Source: Cyclobacteriaceae bacterium (GTDB taxonomy: Bacteria > Bacteroidota > Bacteroidia > Cytophagales > Cyclobacteriaceae). From it: a stretch of DNA of 64,000 bases. Below are positions 54,927-64,000 of this stretch, piece by piece; position 1 is the stretch's first letter; each line of letters opens with the position of its first letter. The translations under genes and the position numbers were made by a program. The stretch is from positions 2,967,319 through 3,031,318 of the forward strand of contig JABFRS010000001.1 in NCBI GenBank assembly GCA_013141055.1, read 5' to 3'. The notes under the pieces were generated by a model, which was not told the DNA's origin, ran no database searches, and saw only the letters and a list, made by a program, of their open reading frames with translations.

Positions 54927-57556
54927 TGGAAGATGAGAGAAAAATATCTCCACCGAAATGGGCAACGCGTTTGCTGTCATGGTATTGTCGTCCGGAATTG
55001 CTGGAGGATCTTGAAGGAGACCTCAATGAATATTTTGATCGCAATGTAAAATCAAAATCGATTCGTAAAGCAAAGCTGATTTATGTCATTGATGTATTTA
55101 AGTTCTTCAGATTCTATACCATACGTAAACCTGAAATTGTCAACCTTTTAATCAGCTGGATTATGCTTGGGAGCTATATCAAAACATCAGGCCGTAACAT
55201 TGTTCGCAATAAGCTTTTCTCAGCCATTAATATTTTTGGATTATCTGTTAGTATGGCGGTTGGCTTACTTGTCATTTCGTTTGCATCCGACCTTCTTTCC
55301 TTTGATGATTTTTTTGAAAAGAAGGAGAGGATCTACCGCGTCAATTCGGTTTTTCAGGATCAGAATTATCCATCATTTGAACTTGCTTCAAATTCTGTAA
55401 AGGCTGGAAAGAAAATTCAGGAGACCATTTCCGGAGTTGAAGAGCTGACCATTTTAAGAAATGGGTTCGGTGGAGATGCTCACATTGGAGAGAATATCAT
55501 TCCAATTGAAGGTCTGTATGCCGACAAGTCTTTCTTTAAAGTATTCAGCTTTTCAGTGATTCAGGGGAATTCTGCAACAGCTTTGAAAGAACCTCATTCA
55601 ATTGTTGTAACTGAATCCTCAGCGAAAAAATTATTCGGAAAGACCGATGTATTGGGAAAGCCGGTAAGATTTGACAGTCTCGATTACATTGTCACTGCCG
55701 TAATAAAGGATGTTCCAAAGCTATGTCATTTAAGATTTGAGGTCCTGATCTCTTTTTCTACTGCTGAACTTGAAATGCCTTTGAAAGACAAAGGGTTTAA
55801 TAACTGGGATAATGTATGGTCCAACTACGTTTATGTAGTCCTTCCAGAGAATGGTAGTGCTTCAGCCTTTCAGGCGAATCTCGATAAGTTGAGCAAAGAG
55901 GAGAACAAGGCTTTCCAACACAAGAAAATAGAACTACTTCTTCAGCCCCTGAAAGAAATTGCTTTGGGCAGGAGGATCAACAATAATATTGGAGCGAATA
56001 TGATGCCTTTGGTAGTATGGATACTCGGAGGTCTCGCTTTTGTGGTGATTCTTTCGGCATGCTTTAACTATACCAACTTATCCATTGCCAGATCATTACG
56101 GCGCACCCGTGAGGTCGGGATCCGTAAAGTAATTGGGGCTTTGAAAAGTCATGTCCTTTCTCAATTCATGGCAGAAGCTATTATCATTTCATTGATTGCT
56201 TTGATCATCTCATTCCCGCTGTTCTTATTTCTGCGTGTTCAATTTTTGTCACTTGACAAGTTTATCAGTGATCTCGTTTCCCTTGATTTGTCTCCGGGAC
56301 TGGTTCTATCCTTTATAGGATTAGCTCTATTGGTTGGTGTGTTGGCGGGTTTTCTCCCTGCTATTTTCTTTTCAAAGATCAACGCTATTCAGGTTTTGAA
56401 AAATGCTTCTTCGGTGAAAGTGTTTAAGCGTCTGAATATGCGTAAAGCATTGATTGTTGTTCAGTATACATTCTCGCTGATTTTTATTACTGGCACCGTC
56501 ATAGGATACAATCAATACAAAGGCTTCCTCACATTCGATCTGGGATATAAGACAGAGAATATCCTCAACATAAAACTTCAGGGAAATAAAGGTGATCTGG
56601 TCGTTAAGGAACTTGAATCTATCCCGGCCGTGAATGAAATATCCCGCTCATTGATGATCACAAGCATTGGTAGTGTTCATGGCACTCACATGAAATATTC
56701 GGATCCGAAGGATTCTGTTCTGGTTTGGTTAAATCTTGTAGACGAACATTATCTGCCTATTCACGATCATCAGATCCTTGCGGGAGGCAATTTCCTGTTA
56801 CGTCCGAAAAAAGGTGAGGAGAGTGAGGTAATTGTAAACGAACAGGTTCTGAAGCATTTCAATATTGCGAAAGGAGATCCTGCAAAAGCAATCGGAGAGG
56901 AAGTAGTTGTTGATCGGAAAAAGCTTTCCATTGTTGGGGTAATCAAAGACTTTCATTACGGGACATTGCAGAATAAGATTGATCCTGTCATTTTCAGATA
57001 TTCAGCAGATGAGCCGTGGGGATATCTCAATCTGAAAGTTATTTCCAGCAATCTCCCTGAAACACTTACTGCCATTGACGCTGCATGGAAGAAAGTTGAC
57101 AAGGTCCATCCTTTGAATGCCGTATTTTATGATGATCAGATTGAAAAGGCTTACAGTCAGTTTTCGGTAATGCTTAAAGTAATTGGCTTGCTTGCCTTCC
57201 TGGCGATCTGCATTGCGTCGATGGGTTTGTTTGGAATGGTGGTCTTTACTACAGAGACCCGCCTCAAAGAGATCAGCATCCGAAAAGTTTTAGGTGCAAG
57301 TGAAAGAAAGCTTGTCTATCTGCTCGGAAAGGGATTCTTATCACTACTGATTGCCTCGGCATTGGTTGCCATTCCGGTCACCTATTTATTTTTCGATAAG
57401 GTCGTTTTGGTTGAATTTCCATATCATCAACCGATCACGGTGATTGAATTATTGATTGGAGTTTTATCCGTGATGATTCTGGCATTTTTAATGATCGGCT
57501 CTCAAACGTTAAAGGCAGCAAGATCAAATCCTGCAGAGGTTTTAAAGAGTGAATAG
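54926..57556 (+). CDS. ABC transporter permease (MacB/FtsX type) with N-terminal prefix domain, copy 1
   Basis: PPKWATRLLSWYCRPELLEDLEGDL prefix; two MacB-PCD/FtsX halves (REVGIRKVIGA, KEISIRKVLGA); ends NPAEVLKSE. Confidence 0.92.
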   Translation: MEDERKISPPKWATRLLSWYCRPELLEDLEGDLNEYFDRNVKSKSIRKAKLIYVIDVFKFFRFYTIRKPEIVNLLISWIMLGSYIKTSGRNIVRNKLFSAINIFGLSVSMAVGLLVISFASDLLSFDDFFEKKERIYRVNSVFQDQNYPSFELASNSVKAGKKIQETISGVEELTILRNGFGGDAHIGENIIPIEGLYADKSFFKVFSFSVIQGNSATALKEPHSIVVTESSAKKLFGKTDVLGKPVRFDSLDYIVTAVIKDVPKLCHLRFEVLISFSTAELEMPLKDKGFNNWDNVWSNYVYVVLPENGSASAFQANLDKLSKEENKAFQHKKIELLLQPLKEIALGRRINNNIGANMMPLVVWILGGLAFVVILSACFNYTNLSIARSLRRTREVGIRKVIGALKSHVLSQFMAEAIIISLIALIISFPLFLFLRVQFLSLDKFISDLVSLDLSPGLVLSFIGLALLVGVLAGFLPAIFFSKINAIQVLKNASSVKVFKRLNMRKALIVVQYTFSLIFITGTVIGYNQYKGFLTFDLGYKTENILNIKLQGNKGDLVVKELESIPAVNEISRSLMITSIGSVHGTHMKYSDPKDSVLVWLNLVDEHYLPIHDHQILAGGNFLLRPKKGEESEVIVNEQVLKHFNIAKGDPAKAIGEEVVVDRKKLSIVGVIKDFHYGTLQNKIDPVIFRYSADEPWGYLNLKVISSNLPETLTAIDAAWKKVDKVHPLNAVFYDDQIEKAYSQFSVMLKVIGLLAFLAICIASMGLFGMVVFTTETRLKEISIRKVLGASERKLVYLLGKGFLSLLIASALVAIPVTYLFFDKVVLVEFPYHQPITVIELLIGVLSVMILAFLMIGSQTLKAARSNPAEVLKSE

Positions 57557-57557
57557 T

Positions 57558-60194
57558 ATGAAGCAACCTCAGAACATAATACCACCGAGATGGGCAACGC
57601 GTTTGCTCTCATGGTATTGTCGTCCGGAGTTGCTGGAAGATCTTGAAGGTGATTTGAATGAATATTTTAATAGAAATGTAAAAGAGAAATCATTGAGGAG
57701 AGCAAGACTTATCTACATCATTGATGTGTTTAAGTTCTTCAGATCCTATACTGTTCGTAAACCTGAATTTATAAATCTTTTAATCAACTGGATTATGCTG
57801 GGCAGCTACATTAAAACATCGGGACGCAATATTGTCCGGAATAAACTTTTCTCCACAATCAACATTGCAGGACTTGCGATCAGCATGTCAGTGGGATTAC
57901 TTACTATCGGAGTTCTTACCGATTTGTTTTCTTATGACAAGTTCCATACAAATCACTCGCGCATCTATCGGGTCATCAGCAAGTATCAGTTTCTTGATAA
58001 TCAGGATGATCATTTCATGGCCACAACATCAGTGAAAGCAGCTTTGGAAATCAATGAGAGCTTTAAAATGCCTGAAGCTGTTGCTTTTTTCAGGGCCGGT
58101 TTTCAGGGTGACATGAAAGCAAATGAGAAAACAATTCCGGTCAACGGTTATTGGGCCAATGAAAAATTGTTTAGCGTTTTCTCTTTTCAATTGCTGAGAG
58201 GAAACGCAGAAACAGCATTGAAGGAACCATTCTCCATGGTGCTGACAGAACAAACAGCGAGAAAATTCTTTGGTGATCAGGATGCGATGGGAAAAACAAT
58301 AACGGACCAGGGAAGAGATTACACGGTTACGGGAATTATTAAGGACATCCCTACTTTTTCCAACATCAAATTTGATATGCTGGGATCTTTTAGCTCAAGG
58401 ACTATTCTCACGGAAGAGGAAAAAAGAGAAATGGCATGGGATAATATCTGGGGAACATGGGTGTATCTGCTGCTTCCTGAGGATGCAAACCTTGAAACCT
58501 TACAGGCAAATCTTAATCAGCTGTCTGTAAAATTTGATCCAACGGTAAAAGACACTCATATCGAGCTTTCGATTCAGCCCTTTGACAGCATCATGATGAC
58601 TGATAATCAAAGTAATGAAATCGGTCCGGTGATGGGAAGCAGTGCGATGTGGATTTTCGGAGGACTTTCATTTGTTGTTATTCTTTCAGCTTGCTTCAAT
58701 TATGCGAATCTTTCTATAGCTAGATCTTTAAGAAGAAGCAGGGAAGTGGGTATCCGAAAAGTTGTTGGGGCATTGAAGAGTCAGGTATTAAGCCAGTTTG
58801 TAATAGAGGCTGTTCTTATTTCGCTGATAGGGCTTGTGTTTGCATTCGTAATCTTCCTTATCCTAAGAGGTTATTTTTTAGGGATCGATCCTGGGTTCAG
58901 TAGAATGCTGACGTTAAACTTATCATTGGAGATGGTGCTTTGGTTTATATTATTTGCGGTTCTTGTAGGAGTAGGAGCGGGATTTCTACCGGCCTTATTC
59001 TTTGCTAAAGTGAATGCGGCACAAGCCTTGAAGAATTTATCATCTGTTCTGAGCTTTAAGAAGCAAACTCTGAGGAGGGCATTAATTGTATTTCAATACA
59101 CGATATCCATCATCTTTATCACTTGTACGATCGTCATATTCTCGCAATACAAGCATTTCATGGCGTTTGATCTTGGATTTAAAACAGAAAATATTTTTAA
59201 CATTGAACTCAAAGGCAATAACGCGGAGCTACTGAAGAAGGACTTAAGTGAATTGCCTGAAGTAAAGGCGATATCCATATCAAGGATTATTCCAAGCGTA
59301 GGCAACTACTGGACAACACGTGTAAAGTACCATGCCAATCCAGATGATTCTGCATCAGTAAATTATAATGCCATTGATGAGAATTATCTTCCGCTTCATG
59401 AGCATAAACTTTTGGCAGGTAGAAACTTCACAACCAGAGGAGAGGACTTTATTGAAAGTGAAGTGATCGTGAATGAACAGCTTCTGAAGAGATTCAATAT
59501 CGCTGAGCAGAATCCTGCCAATGCAATCGATGAGATCCTGCGCGTTGAAGGAAAGGATATGAAGATCATCGGGGTGATGAAAAACTTTCAGTATGGAAGG
59601 GCTAATGATAAAGCGGAGGCAAGGGAAGTGGTGATGCGATATTCCCACAAGAGAATGAACTGGATAAACCTTAAAATTGGATCAACGGATCTGATTGCCA
59701 CTCATGATAAAATTGAAGCAATCTGGAAGAAGCATGATAATGTGCATCCTATGGAAGGGATGTTCTATGATGAACAACTTGAGGAAGCCTTTAGTGGATT
59801 GCAGGCCGCTGTGAAGATGGCAGGATTTCTTGCCATGTTGGCGGTTTGTATCGCCTCCATGGGATTACTTGGAATGGTAGTATTCACCACTGAAACACGT
59901 TTAAAAGAAATTAGTATTCGCAAAGTAATGGGGGCAAGTGAAATAGGTCTGTTATATCTTTTAGGAAAAGGATTTATCACGTTGCTTCTGATTGCTACTC
60001 TTATCGGATTGCCAGTCACTATCATATTCTTTGAACAATTATTGCTTCCTGAAATTGCTAATCATGCACCCCTTTCTCTTATTGAAATGTTTGCCGGGGT
60101 GTTAGGTATTCTCTTCATTGCTTTGCTTATGATAGGCTCCCAGACAATAAAAGTTACAAGAACCAATCCTGCAGACGTTCTCAAGCAAGAATAG
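57558..60194 (+). CDS. ABC transporter permease (MacB/FtsX type) with N-terminal prefix domain, copy 2
   Basis: Same architecture (REVGIRKVVGA, KEISIRKVMGA, NPADVLKQE); ATG 57558. Confidence 0.92.
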   Translation: MKQPQNIIPPRWATRLLSWYCRPELLEDLEGDLNEYFNRNVKEKSLRRARLIYIIDVFKFFRSYTVRKPEFINLLINWIMLGSYIKTSGRNIVRNKLFSTINIAGLAISMSVGLLTIGVLTDLFSYDKFHTNHSRIYRVISKYQFLDNQDDHFMATTSVKAALEINESFKMPEAVAFFRAGFQGDMKANEKTIPVNGYWANEKLFSVFSFQLLRGNAETALKEPFSMVLTEQTARKFFGDQDAMGKTITDQGRDYTVTGIIKDIPTFSNIKFDMLGSFSSRTILTEEEKREMAWDNIWGTWVYLLLPEDANLETLQANLNQLSVKFDPTVKDTHIELSIQPFDSIMMTDNQSNEIGPVMGSSAMWIFGGLSFVVILSACFNYANLSIARSLRRSREVGIRKVVGALKSQVLSQFVIEAVLISLIGLVFAFVIFLILRGYFLGIDPGFSRMLTLNLSLEMVLWFILFAVLVGVGAGFLPALFFAKVNAAQALKNLSSVLSFKKQTLRRALIVFQYTISIIFITCTIVIFSQYKHFMAFDLGFKTENIFNIELKGNNAELLKKDLSELPEVKAISISRIIPSVGNYWTTRVKYHANPDDSASVNYNAIDENYLPLHEHKLLAGRNFTTRGEDFIESEVIVNEQLLKRFNIAEQNPANAIDEILRVEGKDMKIIGVMKNFQYGRANDKAEAREVVMRYSHKRMNWINLKIGSTDLIATHDKIEAIWKKHDNVHPMEGMFYDEQLEEAFSGLQAAVKMAGFLAMLAVCIASMGLLGMVVFTTETRLKEISIRKVMGASEIGLLYLLGKGFITLLLIATLIGLPVTIIFFEQLLLPEIANHAPLSLIEMFAGVLGILFIALLMIGSQTIKVTRTNPADVLKQE

Positions 60195-60216
60195 ATTCCG
60201 ATTAATTTTTCTCATC

Positions 60217-60259
60217 TCCTGAATTTCCGGTGTTTTTACATCTGAGATTCGGGATTTTT
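60217..60259 (+). terminator. Long stem-loop terminator after the permease operon
   Basis: TCCTGAATTTCCGGTGT-TTTT-ACATCTGAGATTCGGGA: 17-position stem with G-U pairs and one mismatch, then TTTTT. Confidence 0.7.
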
Positions 60260-60299
60260 GCTTTAGGATTTTCCGTACTTTCATTCCTAAACTGATAGC

Positions 60300-61451
60300 A
60301 TGTATTACATTTTCTGCTTTTTGCCTTTTTTAATGATCTTCAACTGCTCTGATAAGAAAGAGCCAATACAAGTGAGTAAATTCCGATTGATTGGCGAACA
60401 GCAACTCGATGTAGCTACAACTTTCCAGGGTACACAGGTGGGAGGCATTTCAGGAATCGATATGAATCCCGATGGAACTTTTTATCTGCTTTCTGATGAT
60501 GGAAGTGAAATTAATCCAGCTCGCTTTTATACAGCGGAACTGAATTATGATGCATCCATTTTCTCCTCTATTAATCTGAAAACAGTAGTGAGTTTAAAAA
60601 CACCTGCTGGCAACAACTATCCTTCGTATAATGATTATTTCGGATCCTCGACGACCATTAACTATACAGATCCTGAATCTATCCGATATGATCCCTTCAC
60701 GGGAACTTTGTTATATGCCAGTGAAGGATCTGACTTAAACATTAACATCGCGCCAGTTCAACCCTTCATTCATCAAATAGATCTTCAAGGGACATTTATA
60801 AAGGAAATTCCAACACCATCACAGTTCCGGTACGTACGGCCGCCCAATACTACAGGGCTCATCACCAATGCTACTTTTGAATCGATGTGTCTTATTCCGA
60901 ATAGCGATGACCTCTGGGTTGCCATTGAGGCTCCACTTTTGCAGGACGGGCCTCGTGCTACCTTTTCACAAGGTGGATCGCCAATTCGTATAGCGCGTGT
61001 CAATTGGAAGACGAATACACAAGTTGCACAGTATGCTTATATCCCTGAAAAAAATCCAAAGAATCCGATTCCAGCTAATGGTTCCAGCAACAATGGAGTT
61101 TGTGAGGTTCTTTCCATAGATGAAAACAGATTGCTTGTTTTAGAAAGGGCCTTTTCAGCTGGCTATCCTACTGCTACGGGCAATACGATCAGGATTTATG
61201 AGGTTGACTTTAGTGGTGCGACGGATGTGTCAAATGTCACCTCACTTGTAAATGCTTCCTATAAACCATTAGTCAAAACGTTGGTTCTTGATTTCAGCAA
61301 TATCGGTATAAGAGACACAGATAACATTGAGACTTTTGCCTGGGGAAAGACGCTGCCGAACGGAAACAGAACAATGGTTTTTGTTACGGATAATAATTTC
61401 AGTGCTACCCAGATTTTTAAATTCTATGTTTTTGAAATTACCAATCTTTAA
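60300..61451 (+). CDS. Esterase-like activity of phytase family protein (probable lipoprotein)
   Basis: GGISGID, FYLLSDDG, DPESIR, FESM, LVLERAF, DNIET, FVTDNNF; possible lipobox IFN-C. Confidence 0.85.
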   Translation: MYYIFCFLPFLMIFNCSDKKEPIQVSKFRLIGEQQLDVATTFQGTQVGGISGIDMNPDGTFYLLSDDGSEINPARFYTAELNYDASIFSSINLKTVVSLKTPAGNNYPSYNDYFGSSTTINYTDPESIRYDPFTGTLLYASEGSDLNINIAPVQPFIHQIDLQGTFIKEIPTPSQFRYVRPPNTTGLITNATFESMCLIPNSDDLWVAIEAPLLQDGPRATFSQGGSPIRIARVNWKTNTQVAQYAYIPEKNPKNPIPANGSSNNGVCEVLSIDENRLLVLERAFSAGYPTATGNTIRIYEVDFSGATDVSNVTSLVNASYKPLVKTLVLDFSNIGIRDTDNIETFAWGKTLPNGNRTMVFVTDNNFSATQIFKFYVFEITNL

Positions 61452-61464
61452 TTCATAACTGATT

Positions 61465-62136
61465 ATGAGAGTTTTTTCCTGGACGATGATGATCATGTTT
61501 ATTGTGGCAAGTTCTTTTACTTTCTTGCAAAAGAAGAGAGTTGTTTTCTTTGGTGATTCCATCACCCAGGCCGGAGCAAGTTCAGGAGGTTATATTCTTA
61601 AGATCGGAGATCTGGCTGTGGCTGATGGAAAGGCAAGTCAATTTGAATTTATGGGCGCCGGTATTGGGGGAAATAAAATATATGATCTGTTTCTTAGGAT
61701 GGAGGATGATGTTCTGGTGAAAAATCCTGATGTAGTTGTCATCTACATTGGAGTGAATGACGTCTGGCACAAGCGATCCTTTGGTACGGGCACGGATCCT
61801 GATAAGTTTGAAAAATTCTACACAGCAATCATCAATAAATTAAAGGCAAAAAATATAGCGGTAATTCTTTGTACTCCAGGGGTGATTGGAGAGCGTACGG
61901 ATTTCAGCAATGAATTGGACGGTGATCTTAATCGTTACAGCACGATCATCCGTTCTTTAGCAACAAAGAATGGCCTTCAGCTGATTGATTTGAGAAAGGC
62001 TTTTCTTGAGTATAATATAAAGTCGAACCCTGAAAATAAAGAGTCTGGAATTCTTACTACGGATCGTGTTCACCTGAATGAGAAAGGGAATCAACTGGTG
62101 GCAGAACAAATGTGGAAGGTGATCAAGTCGCTTTAG
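61465..62136 (+). CDS. SGNH/GDSL hydrolase
   Basis: FFGDSIT, GIGGN, GVND, DRVHLN blocks. Confidence 0.92.
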   Translation: MRVFSWTMMIMFIVASSFTFLQKKRVVFFGDSITQAGASSGGYILKIGDLAVADGKASQFEFMGAGIGGNKIYDLFLRMEDDVLVKNPDVVVIYIGVNDVWHKRSFGTGTDPDKFEKFYTAIINKLKAKNIAVILCTPGVIGERTDFSNELDGDLNRYSTIIRSLATKNGLQLIDLRKAFLEYNIKSNPENKESGILTTDRVHLNEKGNQLVAEQMWKVIKSL

Positions 62137-62146
62137 ATCTTTGTTT

Positions 62147-62620
62147 ATGACAGAAGAGATCCTCAGAACAGATTCCTCTCATCCGGATTTTATTTCATTG
62201 GTGGTTGAGCTTGATAAGGATCTTGCCGGTCGTTATGGCGACAGTCAGAAATTCTTCAACCAATTCAATAAGCTCGATAAGATCAGGCATGTTGTGATCG
62301 TCTACCGGGATGGCAGACCCGTTGGCTGCGGAGCCATGAAGAAATACGATGATACCACCATGGAGATTAAGAGAATGTTTGTTTCAGCAGAGCATCGTTC
62401 GCAAGGAATTGCCGGACGCATTATGGATGCTCTTGAGACCTGGGCAATGGAATTAAACCTTTTGTCATGCATTTTGGAAACTGCTAAGAAGCAGCCGGAA
62501 GCAATGCATCTCTATGAAAAATCCGGGTACTTTATCATTCCTAATTATGATCAATATATCGGGGTTGAGATCAGTGTTTGCATGCGTAAGAACTTACTTC
62601 AGGGATGTCCTAAAAATTAG
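62147..62620 (+). CDS. GNAT family N-acetyltransferase
   Basis: VGCGAMK, EIKRMFV, RSQGIA, LETAKKQPEAMHLYEKSGY. Confidence 0.9.
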   Translation: MTEEILRTDSSHPDFISLVVELDKDLAGRYGDSQKFFNQFNKLDKIRHVVIVYRDGRPVGCGAMKKYDDTTMEIKRMFVSAEHRSQGIAGRIMDALETWAMELNLLSCILETAKKQPEAMHLYEKSGYFIIPNYDQYIGVEISVCMRKNLLQGCPKN

Positions 62621-62718
62621 ATTATTGTTAAACAAACGCGGTTTTTCAAGATTTGCTAACATCCGTTAGCCGAGGTCTGAAATATCCATTAAATTGCCGC
62701 TCTAAAATTTATTCTGAC

Positions 62719-63783
62719 ATGGTAGAAACGTTGAAAATTGATGTTACGAAGACTGAGAAATCCCGTGTGAAAGAAGTTGACTTTAATGATCTTCCTTTCG
62801 GGAAAGTGTTTGCGGATCACATGTTCCTTGCTGATTTCCGTAAAGGTGATTGGGGCAATTTGCGCGTGGTACCTTATGGTCACATGCTGGTGAGTCCTGC
62901 AACCCCGGCGATTCATTATGGCCAGTCTATTTTCGAAGGATTGAAAGCATACAGAAACGATCAGGGTGAAGCTTTGATCTTCCGTCCGCTGGACAACTGG
63001 AAGCGTATGAATATTTCGGCTGATAGAATGTGTATGCCATATCTGCCAGAAGATATTTTTATGGAAGGAATTCATTCTTTAATGGAAATTGATCGTGAGT
63101 GGATTCCGAAAACTGAAGGCAGCTCATTTTATATCCGTCCCTTTATGTTCTCTGCGGATGAGTATATCGGTATCCGGCCTTCTCTCGACTTTACTTTCAT
63201 GATTATCAATTCACCGGTTGGTCCTTACTATTCAACTCCTGTGAAGGTTAAGATTGAAACACATTATACAAGAGCTGTAGAAGGCGGAACTGGTTTTGCA
63301 AAAGCCGGAGGGAATTATGGAAGTTCATTGTATCCTGCCAAGCTTGCCCAGGATCAGGGTTATCACCAATTGATATGGACGGATGGAAGGGAGCACAAAT
63401 ACATTGAAGAGTCAGGAACAATGAATGTCATGTTTGTATTTGATGACACCATCGTAACTCCTGAGCTTGGAGATTCAATTTTGAAAGGTATTACGCGCGA
63501 TAGTGTATTGGCATTGGCCAGGCACTGGGGGATGAAAGTGGAAGAAAGAAAGATTTCTGTTAAAGAGCTTGTCGACGGTCTTGAAAGCGGAAGAGTGAAA
63601 GAAGCTTTTGGTGCCGGTACTGCCGCTACCATCGCCCACATTGAATTGATCGGTTACGAGGGAAAGAATCATTATTTGCCTCCTGTTGAGACAAGGAAAT
63701 TTTCAAATAAGGTTTTGGCTGAACTTGATGCCATCAAACGTGGACTGAAACCCGATCCATTTGGTTGGATGTACTCCTTCTGA
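62719..63783 (+). CDS. ilvE: Branched-chain amino acid aminotransferase
   Basis: HYGQSIFEGLKAY, YIRPFMF, AKAGGNY (PLP lysine), EESGTMN, ILKGITR, GAGTAA; ATG 62719. Confidence 0.96.
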   Translation: MVETLKIDVTKTEKSRVKEVDFNDLPFGKVFADHMFLADFRKGDWGNLRVVPYGHMLVSPATPAIHYGQSIFEGLKAYRNDQGEALIFRPLDNWKRMNISADRMCMPYLPEDIFMEGIHSLMEIDREWIPKTEGSSFYIRPFMFSADEYIGIRPSLDFTFMIINSPVGPYYSTPVKVKIETHYTRAVEGGTGFAKAGGNYGSSLYPAKLAQDQGYHQLIWTDGREHKYIEESGTMNVMFVFDDTIVTPELGDSILKGITRDSVLALARHWGMKVEERKISVKELVDGLESGRVKEAFGAGTAATIAHIELIGYEGKNHYLPPVETRKFSNKVLAELDAIKRGLKPDPFGWMYSF

Positions 63784-63789
63784 TTTCAT

Positions 63790-63886
63790 TAAACCGCACA
63801 TAGGCGCACAGATTCTGTATTTTTTTAAGAACTTAATATGAGTTCTGTGCGTCTATTCTTCTGTAGCTTTACAGGAACGCGGTTAA
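63790..63886. other. Multi-stem intergenic palindrome after ilvE
   Basis: AACCGC/GCGGTT outer stem, ATAGGCGCACAGA/TCTGTGCGTCTAT stem, and CTGTA-GCTT-TACAG hairpin. Confidence 0.55.
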
Positions 63887-63889
63887 AGA

Positions 63890-64000
63890 ATGATTAGAAT
63901 CCTCCTGAGTCTTATTATCTTAACGATAGCACTGAATGGAACGGCTCAGCAAAAGGCGCTGGTGCTTATTAAAAAAAATTCAGTAATAGCACGTTTCACG
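63890..64000 (+). CDS. Partial CDS running off the window end; exported hypothetical protein
   Basis: ATG 63890: MIRILLSLIILTIALNGTAQQKALVLIKKNSVIARFT, with a signal peptide ending TAQ; no stop before the window end. Confidence 0.65.
   Translation, partial: MIRILLSLIILTIALNGTAQQKALVLIKKNSVIARFT

Noticed and set aside
221-63783. The many 60-145-aa ORFs overlapping longer genes (for example 1783-2088, 5881-6315, 10345-10755, 23273-23704, 36483-37136)
   Set aside because: They are antisense or out-of-frame shadows of well-supported CDS and carry no recognisable motifs.
1-64000. tRNA, rRNA, prophage, integrase or transposase genes
   Set aside because: No cloverleaf, rRNA signature or mobile-element protein motif was recognised in the sequence or ORF track.

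Overview
A 64-kb chromosomal window from a Bacteroidota genome, most likely Cytophagales. This is inferred from the gene repertoire, AT-rich translation starts without Shine-Dalgarno sequences, TAnnTTTG promoter boxes, lipoproteins and a TonB-dependent receptor. It is gene-dense, with about 55 CDS: housekeeping genes (rsmG, an RsmB-family methylase, rnhB, gcvT, gatC, ilvE, comB, a PduO-type adenosyltransferase), several peptidases, a three-gene PAS/histidine-kinase cluster and envelope-modification genes. I found no tRNA, rRNA, CRISPR array, transposase, integrase or prophage gene. The most unusual parts are: (1) a putative operon at 3.7-9.2 kb with a signal-anchored upstream ORF ending in HPP, an outer-membrane barrel, a lipoprotein with one degenerate and one intact vanadium-haloperoxidase/PAP2 domain, and a TonB-dependent receptor; (2) an unannotated 30-aa membrane ORF and terminator directly upstream of a K+/H+ antiporter; (3) a 1.5-kb non-coding island at 26.7-28.2 kb built from nested REP-like palindromes and 10- and 11-bp-period tandem arrays, with a related REP cluster at 36.0-36.2 kb; (4) a GT39-like glycosyltransferase followed by two tandem LpxR-family deacylases; (5) PadR plus two tandem ABC permeases whose first ~67 nt are almost identical. 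All calls come from motif recognition by eye; no database search was run.
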